Source of the DNA: Verrucomicrobiota bacterium
GTDB lineage: Bacteria; Verrucomicrobiota; Verrucomicrobiia; Limisphaerales; AAA164-E04
NCBI GenBank assembly: GCA_047947115.1
Contig: CP170459.1
Location: 5,152,001 to 5,216,000 of the forward strand
Length of the DNA stretch: 64,000 nt
Direction: 5' to 3'
Shown one piece after another: positions 50,314-62,023 of this stretch; the stretch's first letter is position 1; every line of letters begins with the position of its first letter. A model generated the notes under the pieces. It worked only from the letters and a program-made list of their open reading frames with translations. It was not told the origin of the DNA and made no database searches. The position numbers and the translations under genes were made by a program.

Positions 50314-53007
50314 ATGAATCGACTCCAATCCTATGAACGCGTCCTGCCTCTGCTCAATATGAAAATCTGGTTCCAACAGAGGCTGACATCCGTCTGCGGA
50401 TCTTTATGCATGGTGTCATTGGTTGTCGGGATGTGTGTTTCTACAACATCAACGGCTCAGCTTGCTTCGGGAGACACCCCATCGATTTCAAATTCACTTG
50501 ACTGGCAATCCCTCCCTGACCTGCCGGATGCACTCGGAGTAGCGGGCCCCTTTGCTGGGGTGACTGGAGACGCCCTGTTGATCGCGGGTGGAGCGAATTT
50601 CCCGCATCCCGTTTGGGACGACAGCAAACAATGGAGCGACCGCGTCTTTGTTTTGACCCGCTCGGGCGAGGCATACGCATGGACGGAAACTTCGACCTTG
50701 CCCCACCCCATCGGCTATGGAGCGAGCATAACCATCCCTGAAGGAGTGCTTTGCATGGGTGGCAATGATGCGGATCAAACGTTTGATGACGTTTATCTCC
50801 TGCATTGGAATCCATCGACCAAGGAACTATCAATGGAAGATTTCCCTTCGCTTCCGACACCGTGTGCTTTCGGACAAGCAGCTTTGATCGGAAAAACGAT
50901 TTACCTGGCAGGAGGTCAACAAGGAGCCTCCCTGGAATCTGCCATGAACAATTTCTGGTCCTTAAACCTGGAAAACCGCGATGATCCGGAACTTTTCAAA
51001 TGGAAACAGCTCCCGGCCTGGCCCGGCACGGGGCGTGCCTTCAATCTGACTTTGGCACAGCATAATGGTTACCATGACTGCATCTATGTGTTGAGCGGAC
51101 GACGTCAGCAGGGAGACCAGGTGGAATTCCTGAAGGATGTCTGGGAATTCACTCCCGGCACAAGTCAATGGCATCCAAGATCCGATGTCCCCCGGTGCGT
51201 CATGGCAGCTCCCGGGGTCAGTATCGGGCAAAGCCATTTGTTTGTCTTTGGGGGGGCGGATGGTTCGCTTTTTTTCAAAGCGGACGAATTGAAAGATGAG
51301 CATCCCGGGTTTCCGAAAGAATCTTTTGCTTATCACACTATCACCGACACCTGGACATCACTCGGAACATCACCTGCAAACCACGTCACCACGGCGGCGG
51401 TCAAGTGGCGGGATCGTATCGTTATCCCCAGCGGTGAAGTGCGCCCTCGCATTCGGTCTCCAAAAATCTGGAGCGTTGAAGTGATCAAGCAGCAGCGCGC
51501 ATTTGGTTGGATCAATTACACCGTGCTCGTCGTTTACCTGTTGGCGATGGCCTGCATGGGACTGGTGTTTGCAAAGAGAAACAAGAACACCAACGATTAC
51601 TTCAGGGGTGGAAAACAAGTGCCGTGGTGGGCGGCCGGATGCAGTATTTTTGCCACCATGTTGAGTTCGCTCACCTACACCGGCGTTCCTTCAAAATCCT
51701 ACGCCCAGGACTGGGTGTATGCCATCGGCAACATGATGATCCCTGTCGTCGCTTTCTTCGCAGTGTTCGTCGCCCTGCCTTTTTATCGTCAATTGGACAT
51801 CACCAGCGCCTATGAATACCTCGAGAAACGTTTCAGCCGAGGTGTGCGATTGTTCGGTAGCGCCAGTTTCACTTTATTCCATCTGTTCCGCATGGCGGTG
51901 GTCATGTCGTTGACTGGACTCGCACTGGCGATTGCCACCCCGCTGACACCGGCCCAGTCGGTGCTCTGCATGGGTGCGTTGAGCATCTTTTACTGCACTA
52001 TGGGCGGAATCGAGGCAGTGATCTGGACGGATACCATTCAAACTTTTGTACTCCTGGGAGGCGCAATGCTGGCGGGACTTTATCTGATTCATGGAACTGA
52101 CGGCGGTTTCACCGGGATGACGCAGGCCGCCCTGGATGCGGATAAATTCAGGCTGGCGCATTTTCATTGGGATATCTCCAGCGCCCAGATTGCACTCTGG
52201 ATCATCATCCTTGGAGGGATTGGCCAAAACATTTCGTCTTACACAGCCGATCAGGCGGTGGTTCAACGCTACATGACCACACCGGATCAGAAACGGGCGG
52301 CGCGATCCATCTGGACAAATGCGGTGATGAGCACCGTGGCCACGATCCTGTTCTTCGGCATTGGCACGGCCTTGTTCGGCTATTATCGATCTCATCCAGA
52401 TAAGCTTGATCCGACGATATCCACCGATCAGATTTTTCCATTGTTCATTTCCAATGAAATGGCCACCGGACTGGCAGGCTTGATCGTCGCCGGTATTTTT
52501 TCGGCCGCTCAGTCAACGGTATCCACCAGCATGAACTCCACTGCCACGACATTGATCACCGACTTCGTTCGTCCTCTGGGAACCTGTCGGGATGACAAAA
52601 GCGACTTGAAGATGGCACGTTGGCTGACACTTCTGATGGGAGTCATTGGAACCTTGCTGGCCTTGTTTTTTGTGGATCCAACCATCAAGTCTCTATTCGA
52701 TGCGTTCATCAAAGTCATTGGACTGTTCATGGGTGTTTTGGGGGGACTGTTTGTTCTGGGCGTTTTAACCCAACGTGCAAATGCGATCGGAGCCATGGCG
52801 GGAGCGTGGGTGGGTGCGGCAACCATGTTTGGATTATGGAAGCTTACCCAGGTCAACGGATACCTTTATACGACCTGTGGGATCACCACCTGCTTTGTGG
52901 TCGGTTATCTGGTGAGTCTGATGACTGGAAGCAACCAAAAGGATTTGAGTGGGTTAACGATTTTCACACGAGCGCAGTGTACTCCCAGCACGCCGTCGGA
53001 TGCCTGA
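50314..53007 (+). CDS. NanM-like Kelch propeller fused to a sodium:solute symporter (SiaT-like)
   Basis: N-terminal [26 protein letters not shown]-terminal [45 protein letters not shown]. Confidence 0.9.
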   Translation: MNRLQSYERVLPLLNMKIWFQQRLTSVCGSLCMVSLVVGMCVSTTSTAQLASGDTPSISNSLDWQSLPDLPDALGVAGPFAGVTGDALLIAGGANFPHPVWDDSKQWSDRVFVLTRSGEAYAWTETSTLPHPIGYGASITIPEGVLCMGGNDADQTFDDVYLLHWNPSTKELSMEDFPSLPTPCAFGQAALIGKTIYLAGGQQGASLESAMNNFWSLNLENRDDPELFKWKQLPAWPGTGRAFNLTLAQHNGYHDCIYVLSGRRQQGDQVEFLKDVWEFTPGTSQWHPRSDVPRCVMAAPGVSIGQSHLFVFGGADGSLFFKADELKDEHPGFPKESFAYHTITDTWTSLGTSPANHVTTAAVKWRDRIVIPSGEVRPRIRSPKIWSVEVIKQQRAFGWINYTVLVVYLLAMACMGLVFAKRNKNTNDYFRGGKQVPWWAAGCSIFATMLSSLTYTGVPSKSYAQDWVYAIGNMMIPVVAFFAVFVALPFYRQLDITSAYEYLEKRFSRGVRLFGSASFTLFHLFRMAVVMSLTGLALAIATPLTPAQSVLCMGALSIFYCTMGGIEAVIWTDTIQTFVLLGGAMLAGLYLIHGTDGGFTGMTQAALDADKFRLAHFHWDISSAQIALWIIILGGIGQNISSYTADQAVVQRYMTTPDQKRAARSIWTNAVMSTVATILFFGIGTALFGYYRSHPDKLDPTISTDQIFPLFISNEMATGLAGLIVAGIFSAAQSTVSTSMNSTATTLITDFVRPLGTCRDDKSDLKMARWLTLLMGVIGTLLALFFVDPTIKSLFDAFIKVIGLFMGVLGGLFVLGVLTQRANAIGAMAGAWVGAATMFGLWKLTQVNGYLYTTCGITTCFVVGYLVSLMTGSNQKDLSGLTIFTRAQCTPSTPSDA

Positions 53008-53147
53008 ACGAGATCAGAACATCCCAGAAGAGCGCATCCCTTTCAACAAAAGCTCCCTTGGTTTCCGCTTGCAGAATCCCGAATGAAGGCTAGGTTTGGG
53101 AAAATCTTTATCAATCCAAGCTTTATCACAAATTAGATCCTACACAT

Positions 53148-54023
53148 ATGAAGTTGAACATTTTTCTGCGCAAGGCTTGCTGCTTTGCCATCGCCATCAT
53201 CCTGACCTTCACCAGCGCCATACAAATACATGCTGCGGAAACGGAAACAATCACCTCCACTCAAGCGGCAGAAAAGCTGGAAGACACCGCTTTCTTTCTC
53301 AAATACCTGAACCAGGAATTTGGTGGCATTGCCGGTTTGGCCAAAAAGGAACAGGAGGACGCCGCCAAAGCACGACTGGATGCTTTGAAGAAATTCCTGG
53401 AGCCGCTTTCCACTGAAAACGAGGAATCCAAAAAGCTTTTGGACCAAGCGAAAACGGTCGCCGGTCAATTCCAGAACCAGATTGCCAGCATCGTGGAGCA
53501 GACCAAAGAAATGAATGCCTTCATCGGAAAAGATGCCGCACCTCTGGCGGTGGAAACCTGGATCAATGGAACCGCATTGACCGACGCTGACTTGAAGGGA
53601 AAAGTTGTGTTGCTCGATTTCTGGGCTGTCTGGTGCGGTCCTTGTATCGCCACCTTTCCTCACCTGCGGCACCTTAAGGACACATACGGAGATATGGGAT
53701 TGGAAATCGTTGGGCTGACACGATACTACAACTACGAATGGAACGAAAAATCCAAGCGGGCCATGCGCAGCCAGGGCAAAGTGGAACCGGCCGACGAACA
53801 GAAAATGCTGACTGAATTTGCCAAATCTCATGAACTCACCCATCGCTTCGCCATTCAATCCGACGATTCCATGGCCAAATTTTACAACGTCACAGGCATC
53901 CCTCACGTCGTTCTGTTGGATCAAAAGGGCAAAATAGCATTGATGCGTGTGGGAAGCGGTCCGGATAACGCCAAGGACATAGAAGAAAAGATTAAAGAGT
54001 TGTTGGCACCAACAGACGCCTGA
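53148..54023 (+). CDS. TlpA/redoxin family thiol-disulfide oxidoreductase, exported
   Basis: GKVVLLDFWAVWCGPC, GIPHVVLLD. Confidence 0.9.
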   Translation: MKLNIFLRKACCFAIAIILTFTSAIQIHAAETETITSTQAAEKLEDTAFFLKYLNQEFGGIAGLAKKEQEDAAKARLDALKKFLEPLSTENEESKKLLDQAKTVAGQFQNQIASIVEQTKEMNAFIGKDAAPLAVETWINGTALTDADLKGKVVLLDFWAVWCGPCIATFPHLRHLKDTYGDMGLEIVGLTRYYNYEWNEKSKRAMRSQGKVEPADEQKMLTEFAKSHELTHRFAIQSDDSMAKFYNVTGIPHVVLLDQKGKIALMRVGSGPDNAKDIEEKIKELLAPTDA

Positions 54024-54064
54024 TTTTTTCGGCAATCACTCTGAAAGCAACTCAGATCATTCAT

Positions 54065-54922
54065 GTGATCAACCGATTGTTCCAGACACTCATCCTTGGT
54101 ATTGCGTGGATTCAATTGAACATCCACGCAGCCGAGGAACCGTCGCCAAGCCGCATCGTCCCCTACAAGCAGGTCGGTAGCTCGTCGCTGCATCTTCATG
54201 TATTCAATCCCAAGGGACATTCAATACAAGATCGTACGCCCGCCATTGTTTTCTTCTTTGGGGGTGGCTGGAATGGAGGAACACCCAAGCAGTTCTACCC
54301 ACAAAGCGCTTACCTTGCGACTCGCGGCATGGTGGCTATCTGCGCCGAATACCGCACCAAAAGCAGCCACCAGACAACACCGAAGGCATGCGTCGAAGAC
54401 GGCAAGTCGGCCATGCGATGGGTACGGTATCATGCGAATGTTTTAGGTATCGACCCGAATAAGATCGCTGCGGGCGGTGGCTCGGCAGGAGGACATGTGG
54501 CGGCCACGACAGCTACAATCAAATCATTTGATGCCCCGCTTGATCCGGAAGTGGATGCCGCGCCCCAGGCCTTGGTATTGTTTAATCCGGTGTATGACAA
54601 CGGGCCGGATGGCTATGGACACGATCGAGTCAAAGATTACTGGAAGAAGTTCTCCCCCATGCACAATCTGCATGATGAGGTCCCGCCGACAATTGTTTTC
54701 CTTGGGACAAAAGACAAGCTCATTCCGGTGAAAACCGGCCAGTCCTTCCAATCCCGTATGCAACGCTTGAACCTTCGGAGCGAGCTTGTCCTTTACGAAA
54801 AGGAGGGACACGGATTTTTCAATAAGAACAAGTTCAATGAAACTCTTTTTGAAACGGACCGTTTTCTGACTTCTCTGGGATTCCTGAAAGAGGATCCAAC
54901 CATCGAGGCGGCTCACAGGTGA
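54065..54922 (+). CDS. Exported alpha/beta hydrolase (esterase)
   Basis: FFGGGW, GGSAGG, GTKD, GHGFFN. Confidence 0.9.
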   Translation: MINRLFQTLILGIAWIQLNIHAAEEPSPSRIVPYKQVGSSSLHLHVFNPKGHSIQDRTPAIVFFFGGGWNGGTPKQFYPQSAYLATRGMVAICAEYRTKSSHQTTPKACVEDGKSAMRWVRYHANVLGIDPNKIAAGGGSAGGHVAATTATIKSFDAPLDPEVDAAPQALVLFNPVYDNGPDGYGHDRVKDYWKKFSPMHNLHDEVPPTIVFLGTKDKLIPVKTGQSFQSRMQRLNLRSELVLYEKEGHGFFNKNKFNETLFETDRFLTSLGFLKEDPTIEAAHR

Positions 54923-55060
54923 TGTTTCAGTTTACTGCCCGCAGACATCGCAGATGATGAATTCATAAAGAATTACTCTGCACTCAGGGCATCCTCTCCG
55001 TTGAATCCCATCATTATCAAACAACCTTTTCGCCGAACATTTGCATGAAATGAAATCCCA

Positions 55061-55432
55061 TCATGACTCGGATACGTCAGTATCTGAATCCAGTCTTTCG
55101 GCCTTTTCCTTGAGTTCACGATAAATGGACACGGCCAGTGAACTCTTCTTAAAACCGAGAACCTTGGTGTTGTTGTAGCCGAAAAGCTCCTCGATATGCC
55201 TGGCCTCGTAGATTTGCAAGATCGGAGTCCCCTTGTAAGAGCGTAGCATTTCCGCCAGGCGTTTTTCTGAAAGATCCCGGGTGACCAGAAGAAAATGAAG
55301 CTTCTTTCGGAGCTTGTTCAACAAGGCTTCACCCACCACCACCACCCGTGCTCGAAGCGCGAAGGGGTATAACCGTTCCACGGATGGTTCGGACTGATTA
55401 TTTATGCTGTTGTCAGGCTTGGGATCGGTCAT
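55061..55432 (-). CDS. Divergent L7Ae/YlxQ-like protein
   Basis: FALRARVVVVGE, FLLVTRDLSE, IEELFG..TKVLGF pattern resembles the L7Ae/L30e fold. Confidence 0.55.
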   Translation of the reverse strand: MTDPKPDNSINNQSEPSVERLYPFALRARVVVVGEALLNKLRKKLHFLLVTRDLSEKRLAEMLRSYKGTPILQIYEARHIEELFGYNNTKVLGFKKSSLAVSIYRELKEKAERLDSDTDVSES

Positions 55433-55515
55433 CAGTTTGCTTGTCGTCCGGGAATCATTTCCCTAAGATCCAGTCAACTATTCACGAACCATTCCGAATT
55501 AAAAAGTAAAATGCT

Positions 55516-56160
55516 ATGAATCTGAACAACCGTTTTCGTGCCTGGACCAAAATGATCACCATGTGCGCCACCTTTTCGGCCACCCTGCTGAGCAGTCAGG
55601 CGGTTGAGTGGAGTTCGCTGTTTGACGGGACAAGTTTCAAGGGCTGGGAAGGCAATTTGCGATACTTCAGAATTGAAGACAACGCCATTGTCGGCGGCAT
55701 GACCTATGCCAAGATTCCACGCAATCAATTCCTCACCACGGAGAAGACCTACAAAAACTTCGAGCTGCGACTTCAGTTCAAACTCGTTGGTGAAGCAACC
55801 AACGCAGGGGTGCAGATCCGTACCCGACGCATTCCAGATCATCATGAAGTCATCGGTTACCAGGCCGATCTTGGACAGCATTACACCGGATGTCTCTATG
55901 ACGAATCACGCCGCCGCAGGATTCTCGCCGAACCCGATCGCGAGGAACTTGCAAAGGTGCTGAAAGCAGATGATTGGAATGACTACGTGATCCGCTGCGA
56001 AGGCAAGCGCATTCAACTTTGGATCAACGGCTACCAAACGGTGGATTATACCGAAGAAGACAGCTCCATCGAACAGGACGGTGTTATCGCGGTGCAAATC
56101 CACAGCGGTCCAGCCGGGGAAGCCTGGTATCGCTCGATTCGTATCAGGGAGTTACCTTGA
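55516..56160 (+). CDS. DUF1080 family protein
   Basis: LFDGTSFKGW, NAGVQIR, GYQAD, LYDESRR, AVQIH. Confidence 0.9.
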   Translation: MNLNNRFRAWTKMITMCATFSATLLSSQAVEWSSLFDGTSFKGWEGNLRYFRIEDNAIVGGMTYAKIPRNQFLTTEKTYKNFELRLQFKLVGEATNAGVQIRTRRIPDHHEVIGYQADLGQHYTGCLYDESRRRRILAEPDREELAKVLKADDWNDYVIRCEGKRIQLWINGYQTVDYTEEDSSIEQDGVIAVQIHSGPAGEAWYRSIRIRELP

Positions 56161-57300
56161 GGCGGCCTTGTTACGGAGACGGCGAATGCGATGGTTTTCG
56201 CTGTCTCCGATGTAAACCGATCCGTCCGCAGCTGCAAAGATGCCGTGAGGACGAGCAAGTTGGCATTTCAGCGGATCTCCATCGGGACCGTCACCACGAG
56301 CGCCATTCCCGGCGATCAACTCCAGTTTACCGCTTTGCATGTCAATCATTCGCACACTGTGGCTTTCCGTATCCGCCAACCAGACGTTTCCTGCCGCATC
56401 CAAACTGATTCCCTTGGGCCCCGATAATGTCGCCAACTTGGCTGGACCGCCATTTCCGGTGAAGCCCTTTTTTCCTGATCCGGCCACATGATGAAAACGT
56501 CCTTTTTTCATATCAATCCGATAAACCGCGTTCCCCTCGCGTAAAGCCAACCACAAATCACCATCCGGCGCCACATCCAGGGCTCGTGGTCCATTCAAGG
56601 GCGTTTGGAACAAAGGTGCTCCCTCGGGCGTCGCTTTTGTCTCGCCAGTGCCACTCAAGGTTTCCACCATCCCGTTGGATTTGCCCACCCGCCTGATTCG
56701 ATGGTTGCCTATGTCGCAGATTAGCAGATTTCCCCAGGTATCAAACTGAATACTGTGTGGTCGATGGAAGGTGGCATGAATCGCAGGTCCGCCATCCCCT
56801 GAGAATCCGGCTTTCCCGGTCCCGGCAATCGTGGATATCAATCCTGACTCCAAATCCACCTTGCGCACCAGATGATTGGGCATTTCAACGAAAAAAATAT
56901 TTCCGTCACCATCAAATCGGATCTCATAGGGTTGATTCAACAATGCATCGGTGGCCGCCCCCCCGTCTCCCGAGTAACCTGCCTTTCCGGAGCCTGCGAT
57001 GGTGGTAATGGTGCCATCGTCCGCGATTCGGCGAATCACATGATTGTCTATGTCACAGAAATAAAGTCCCCGATCCGGTCCAATGACCAACCCATAGGGA
57101 TTGTTGATTTGTGCGCGAATCGCCGGACCTCCATCGCCGCTGTAGCCCTTCTCTCCCGTTCCTGCGACCGTCTCAACGATCCAGTCTGCGGCAAACGAAC
57201 GGGGCAAGGTCAAGATGATCAGGACAAGGAAGGTCATTGGCAGTCCAGCCATGTTGAAAACAGAGCAGCGCAATTTGGAAGCATGAATCAACCGTGACAT
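56152..57300 (-). CDS. NHL-repeat beta-propeller protein
   Basis: Repeated AGTGxxGxSGDGGPA...NHxIRR; start uncertain (57300 or 57252). Confidence 0.88.
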   Translation of the reverse strand: MSRLIHASKLRCSVFNMAGLPMTFLVLIILTLPRSFAADWIVETVAGTGEKGYSGDGGPAIRAQINNPYGLVIGPDRGLYFCDIDNHVIRRIADDGTITTIAGSGKAGYSGDGGAATDALLNQPYEIRFDGDGNIFFVEMPNHLVRKVDLESGLISTIAGTGKAGFSGDGGPAIHATFHRPHSIQFDTWGNLLICDIGNHRIRRVGKSNGMVETLSGTGETKATPEGAPLFQTPLNGPRALDVAPDGDLWLALREGNAVYRIDMKKGRFHHVAGSGKKGFTGNGGPAKLATLSGPKGISLDAAGNVWLADTESHSVRMIDMQSGKLELIAGNGARGDGPDGDPLKCQLARPHGIFAAADGSVYIGDSENHRIRRLRNKAASR

Positions 57301-57505
57301 GGGAATATCACAAGATGATCCTTTATCTTTGACAAGCAAAATGAACAGGCACGACTGAGGATGATCGAATGGCTGTATTCAATCTGTTGTAGCGTGGAAA
57401 TAGTTCCCACGCTCCTGGGTTTGAATGAGGTTCAAGCAGAAGCTTGCCCTCCGATCATGGATTTATCATTTTTGGCGCGCGGCCACAGCGGATGCTGCCT
57501 GAAAA

Positions 57506-58471
57506 TCAATCCAAGCCACAAGCCCTTTTGGCGCGATTATTGACGTCAACCGCCACTTTACGCGCATTCTCTGCCCCTTTTTGAAGCACTTCCTTGACGT
57601 AATCCAGATTATTGGCCAACTCTTCCCGTTTCTTGCGCATGGGCTCGAAGTAATTCCAGCAGGCCTCGAAAAGTGCTTTTTTGAGGTTGCCATAACCGTA
57701 TCCACCGGCACGCAATTGATCTTCACAATCCTTGGCAACATCCGGTTCGGCCACCAACTTGAGCAACTGAACAGCGATGTTTTTGTCGGCATCGGGTTTG
57801 GGTTCGGCGATGTCCCGACTGTCCATCACCAGGCTCATGATCTTTTTTTTCAGCGGCTTCTCCGGCCCGAAGATCTCAATGGTGTTGCCGTAGCTCTTGC
57901 TCATCTTCTGCCCATCGGTACCCGGCACAACCGCCACGTCTTCCCGGATCTGAGGCTCAGGGATCACAAAGGTGTCGCCGTAGAGTGAGTTGAACTTGAT
58001 GGCAATATCACGGGTGACTTCCACATGTTGTTTCTGATCCTTACCCACTGGGACGACTTTGGAATCGTAAATCAGAATATCCGCCGCCATCAGCACCGGA
58101 TAGGCAAACAATCCGTGATTTGGTGAAATCCCCTTGGCCAGTTTGTCCTTATAACTGTGACAACGCTCCAGCAACCCCATCGGAGTGATCGTAGTCAACA
58201 TCCAGGTCAATTCCGTGTGCTCGGGAACATCCGACTGCTTGAAAAACACCGAACGCTCCGGATCAAGACCACAAGCCAGGAAATCAAGTGCCACGTCCAG
58301 AACATTCTGTCGCCGCTGTTCCGCGTCAAACAGGGACGTCATGGAATGATAATTGGCGATGAAATAGTACGCCTCACCCTGGTTCTGCAATTCGATGGCC
58401 GGTCGCATCATCCCAAAATAATTCCCGAGATGAAGCGCTCCAGACGGTTGAATACCGGACAAAATTCTCAT
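57506..58471 (-). CDS. trpS: Tryptophan--tRNA ligase
   Basis: SGIQPSG, HLGN, YPVLMAADIL, KMSKS. Confidence 0.97.
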   Translation of the reverse strand: MRILSGIQPSGALHLGNYFGMMRPAIELQNQGEAYYFIANYHSMTSLFDAEQRRQNVLDVALDFLACGLDPERSVFFKQSDVPEHTELTWMLTTITPMGLLERCHSYKDKLAKGISPNHGLFAYPVLMAADILIYDSKVVPVGKDQKQHVEVTRDIAIKFNSLYGDTFVIPEPQIREDVAVVPGTDGQKMSKSYGNTIEIFGPEKPLKKKIMSLVMDSRDIAEPKPDADKNIAVQLLKLVAEPDVAKDCEDQLRAGGYGYGNLKKALFEACWNYFEPMRKKREELANNLDYVKEVLQKGAENARKVAVDVNNRAKRACGLD

Positions 58472-58613
58472 GTCCGGCAACGCTATCAACTTCCCCCCCG
58501 GAGTGCAACGCCTTGAATCGATATTTTGGGGATGTGACGGTAAAACCAAACGTCTTGTGCATCAAATGAAGGTGTTCATTCCAAATTGTGGTTTTGATTT
58601 GCATTGGAAAAAT

Positions 58614-61286
58614 CTAAAGGTTCAAATCAGCCACGACCTTGTGACGGAAACAGGGAGATAACATAGTGTCGAACAAGGAACGATTTCGAGTCCACACATA
58701 ATTGTCCCAATTCCATATTTTACCATCGGCTGTCATACCCATACATTGTGTCTTGGCAACCCAATCATCACGTTGACCAATTGGGCTAACACCCAATGAA
58801 ATAGTGCCACCTTTAAAAGTGTTCGTTACGGAAGGATTGGGTTTTGCCGTTGATGAGAAAGGTCCTCCCTCCCATAAAGTTCCGTCTTCTTTAAGAAATG
58901 TCCTCCGTCCCGGAGCTCTATAAAACGTTTCGGTTACTTCTCGGACGGGAATTGTGGGGGCAATCTGATAAAGAGTGGGGGCGTTTTTTAAATGCCCCCA
59001 CTCAAATGTTTCTCAGGTGCTCCCACCGATTTTGCAGCAATCCATTGCGATCCATCCTCCGTGCTCAAAAGGATGGCACTGTCTTCACTACCGGTGATAT
59101 CGATAAACTTTGCATCACCGGAAAAAACCTGTGTGATTCGGTTTTCAGAAACCATTGGAATTCGCCCCCATGAAGAAATGCCATCGAATTTTCCCCAAGC
59201 ATACAAATCACCATTGGAGTTCAGCGCAAAATTTGTCATTCCCTGCACAAGACAATCAACCCAATCTGAACGAGGATCAGTAGGAGGATCGGATTTAATA
59301 TAGCTACCATCAACAAAGCGCATGCGAGGTAATACAGTGTCTACCTGCACCATTTCGGGTAGTTCCGCCAAGGCCGTTTCTTTTCTTGTGCTCTCCCCCC
59401 GACCAAAGTGTTCCATCTGCCGCGACAGCCACTACGCGTGAATATCCCCGGATACTACCAGCAATCTGAACCCATTCTCGACCAGCCCCAAGTTCAAGCA
59501 GCGCCGGAAACGGAGCTTGTGAACGAACCCAGTGGTATTCGTCATCAATCGCCCAGTACCAGAGGCGATGTTCGGAATCTAAAACAAACCGGTGCCCACC
59601 ACTTGTCACCAGGCTAATCCAATAGCCTTCCGGGGGGGGTACAGGAATTCTCTTGTTCTGCAAAAATGGCCTTGATCTACGCCGGATGGTACGATCGGTA
59701 TTGTCCCCCAAGCGCCAAAGGGTGCCATCCGGTGACAAAGCAATATCATATCGACTGTGGTAAAGATGAAGGGACGGTTGAACACCCGGTTTCAAAATGG
59801 AGTCTTCCTTTTTGGGTTCGGCCAAAGTCCAACGTTCCCAAAATCGATCTTCTATCAACCATCCGATGGACAGGGCAAAACCAATCATGCATAGACTTTG
59901 CAGCAGGTTCCATCTCACTGTATTACCTCGCGGAGTCGGCATGCAAAAGTTGACGTACGTTTTCCTAATCAAGAAAACCATCATGATAAGGAAAGGCAAC
60001 CAAAAGGACAGCCATCCCTTGAACATCATGCCCATTCTAAGCCCTGAAAACCACATGCCGGAAAGAATTGAAACAATGATCAACGAAGCACTGAAAGCTT
60101 TTAAAAAACCAGAAACCATTGATGACGCATAGAACCCGACAGCCGAAAAAACTACGGTAATCATTGAGGAAAAAATGATAAACTGAGCAAGCCCGCCCGG
60201 ATTTTCTTTTAAAAGCCATGGAATGGGCAAAGGAAGGACAACGGCACACAACCATCCCAAGACCAGAGCCATGATCACTTTGATAAACACTTGCATTCTG
60301 CGGCTCGAAGTTGAAACCAATTCACAAACATGCACATCCATTCGACGGCTTTCAGCAATGGTCACACAAGCCATGGTGCAAGGAATCAAGCAAATGATCC
60401 ACTGAAAGAACTGAGGTAACATACTCAGCGCAGCATCCAGTTCCTTCCCAAACCAATCTCCCAACGGAAAAACCTTTTGGACCACCAAGAGAGTGACTCC
60501 ACAAAGCACACAAGCCAGGGCCAACATCATGTTTGTCTTTTGGAGTCTGAATTCACGAAGTATGCTGGCCTTGATTGGGCTATAATAGTAGGTGGCATTT
60601 CTATTTTGTTGTTCCTTAGTCCGACGTTTAGGGAATGTGAGTTCCATCGATCCGCACCCGCTTGCTTCCCACTTCAAAAAAGTGCGCCAGGCCAACCACA
60701 AGCCCAATGCGCCATAGAGACATTCAGCGATTCCGACCACCGTTGCTGTGATGCTGTCAGCAACACCGTTGATTTTGAATGGATACGCAATCAAAAGGGC
60801 CAAACCAATTGGCAATAAACAAGCCAGCCACATGGAAGCCACCATGTTTCTGTATTTGAGAACGAGAAAAATGCCCGGCCCCAAACAAGCCCAGCTCATC
60901 ACCCCCAGCACGAATCCGAACTCTTCCAACGAAATGCTGCCACGTGTAAAATCTCCGCGATGCAACCACAAAGTCACACACATCAACACCAGGACAACCA
61001 CTCCATAAATTCCAAAAGCGATGAGAGATTTTTGCTTCCAATATTGAGCACGGGACCAAGGCTGACTGATCCCCCACTCCAGACAGTTCAATGAGATTTC
61101 TGAACCAAACTGACTGATGATGAGGTAAGCGCAAATCCCACCAAAGCCCAACCAGGTGATCACCGGATTCCAAACCCCCTGCCCACTTTCCCATGCCAAT
61201 CCAGCCAGAATGATCGAACAGATCAGCACCAACCACAGCGGGCCCGCAGCAAGCCGGAGTTCTTTTTTAATGAACGGTTGCAGCAT
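58614..61286 (-). pseudogene. ABC-2-type permease fused to an RCC1-like beta-propeller; three frameshifts in the 3' part
   Basis: Two permease halves (FIKKELR; ILREFR) then ALSPDGTLW, AADGTLW, NSNGDLYAWG, KEDGTLW, TADGKIWNW spread over four reading segments, with shifts near 59398, 58990 and 58868. Confidence 0.75.
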
Positions 61287-61420
61287 GTTGTTTCTCCTTT
61301 TGTTTGACGATGGTGAGGAAGATTTCCTCCAGGGTCATGGCGTGGGTTTCGAGGGATTCGCAGCCGAGTTGTTCGGCCCAGTTTTCCGGGGCCACCTCAG
61401 TTTCCACCCACCGAATGGGA
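61268..61420 (-). pseudogene. 3' remnant of an ABC transporter ATP-binding gene
   Basis: Minus frame PIRWVETEVAPENWAEQLGCESLETHAMTLEEIFLTIVKQKEKQHAATVH*; overlaps the permease start; in-frame stop near 61460 and no Walker motifs. Confidence 0.65.
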
Positions 61421-61954
61421 CACCCCTGCAAACTCGAGCAGGAATTTGCGAAAGTACATACAAATCGTCAATGGAAACAAAAGTTAATCTGGATGCTCGT
61501 GGGTTGGGTTTTGCTACTTTTTGTTGAGCAGTTGGGAAGAATAGCGATTGGCGCTGGTTTCGCTGGCCTTTACCTCAATTGGAATGTCACCACAGCCAGT
61601 TTTGCTGCCGCAGCAGCAAATATTGCAATCTGGACTATCGGTATTGGGGCACTTTTGTGGATAGCAAAGAATCCTCGTAAGCCATTATTGTCCAGGCACG
61701 AAAAGCAGGGAACCATTCCACTGAAATCGTGGATTTTGTTGGCGATAATTGCCTATGCACTTGTTTTTCTGGGCTCGTTCTTGATCATGAACATTGGCCA
61801 ACACTATTTCGGCGACGCGTTAATTGGAGAAATGTACTTTTACTACGGATTTACAAAAACCTTTGGTCCACTCTTTATCACGATCATATGCGTTCTGGGC
61901 ATCGGGATACTTAAAAAATCGAGCGAGCCTGCTGTCAGAAATGGTTACCGCTAA
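61409..61954 (+). pseudogene. 5'-truncated membrane protein (permease-prefix-like)
   Basis: HRMGHPCKLEQEFAKV followed by about four TM segments; the upstream part of the ORF is just the antisense of the ATPase remnant. Confidence 0.5.
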
Positions 61955-62023
61955 AAGCTCCTTAAAAAAGCCAAACAAGCACAAGAATTCTGACACTTGC
62001 GCTGTAACTGTTAAACTCGTTAA

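Noticed and set aside
53133..54035. 300-aa minus-strand ORF
   Set aside because: Antisense to the TlpA-family gene, which has clear motifs.
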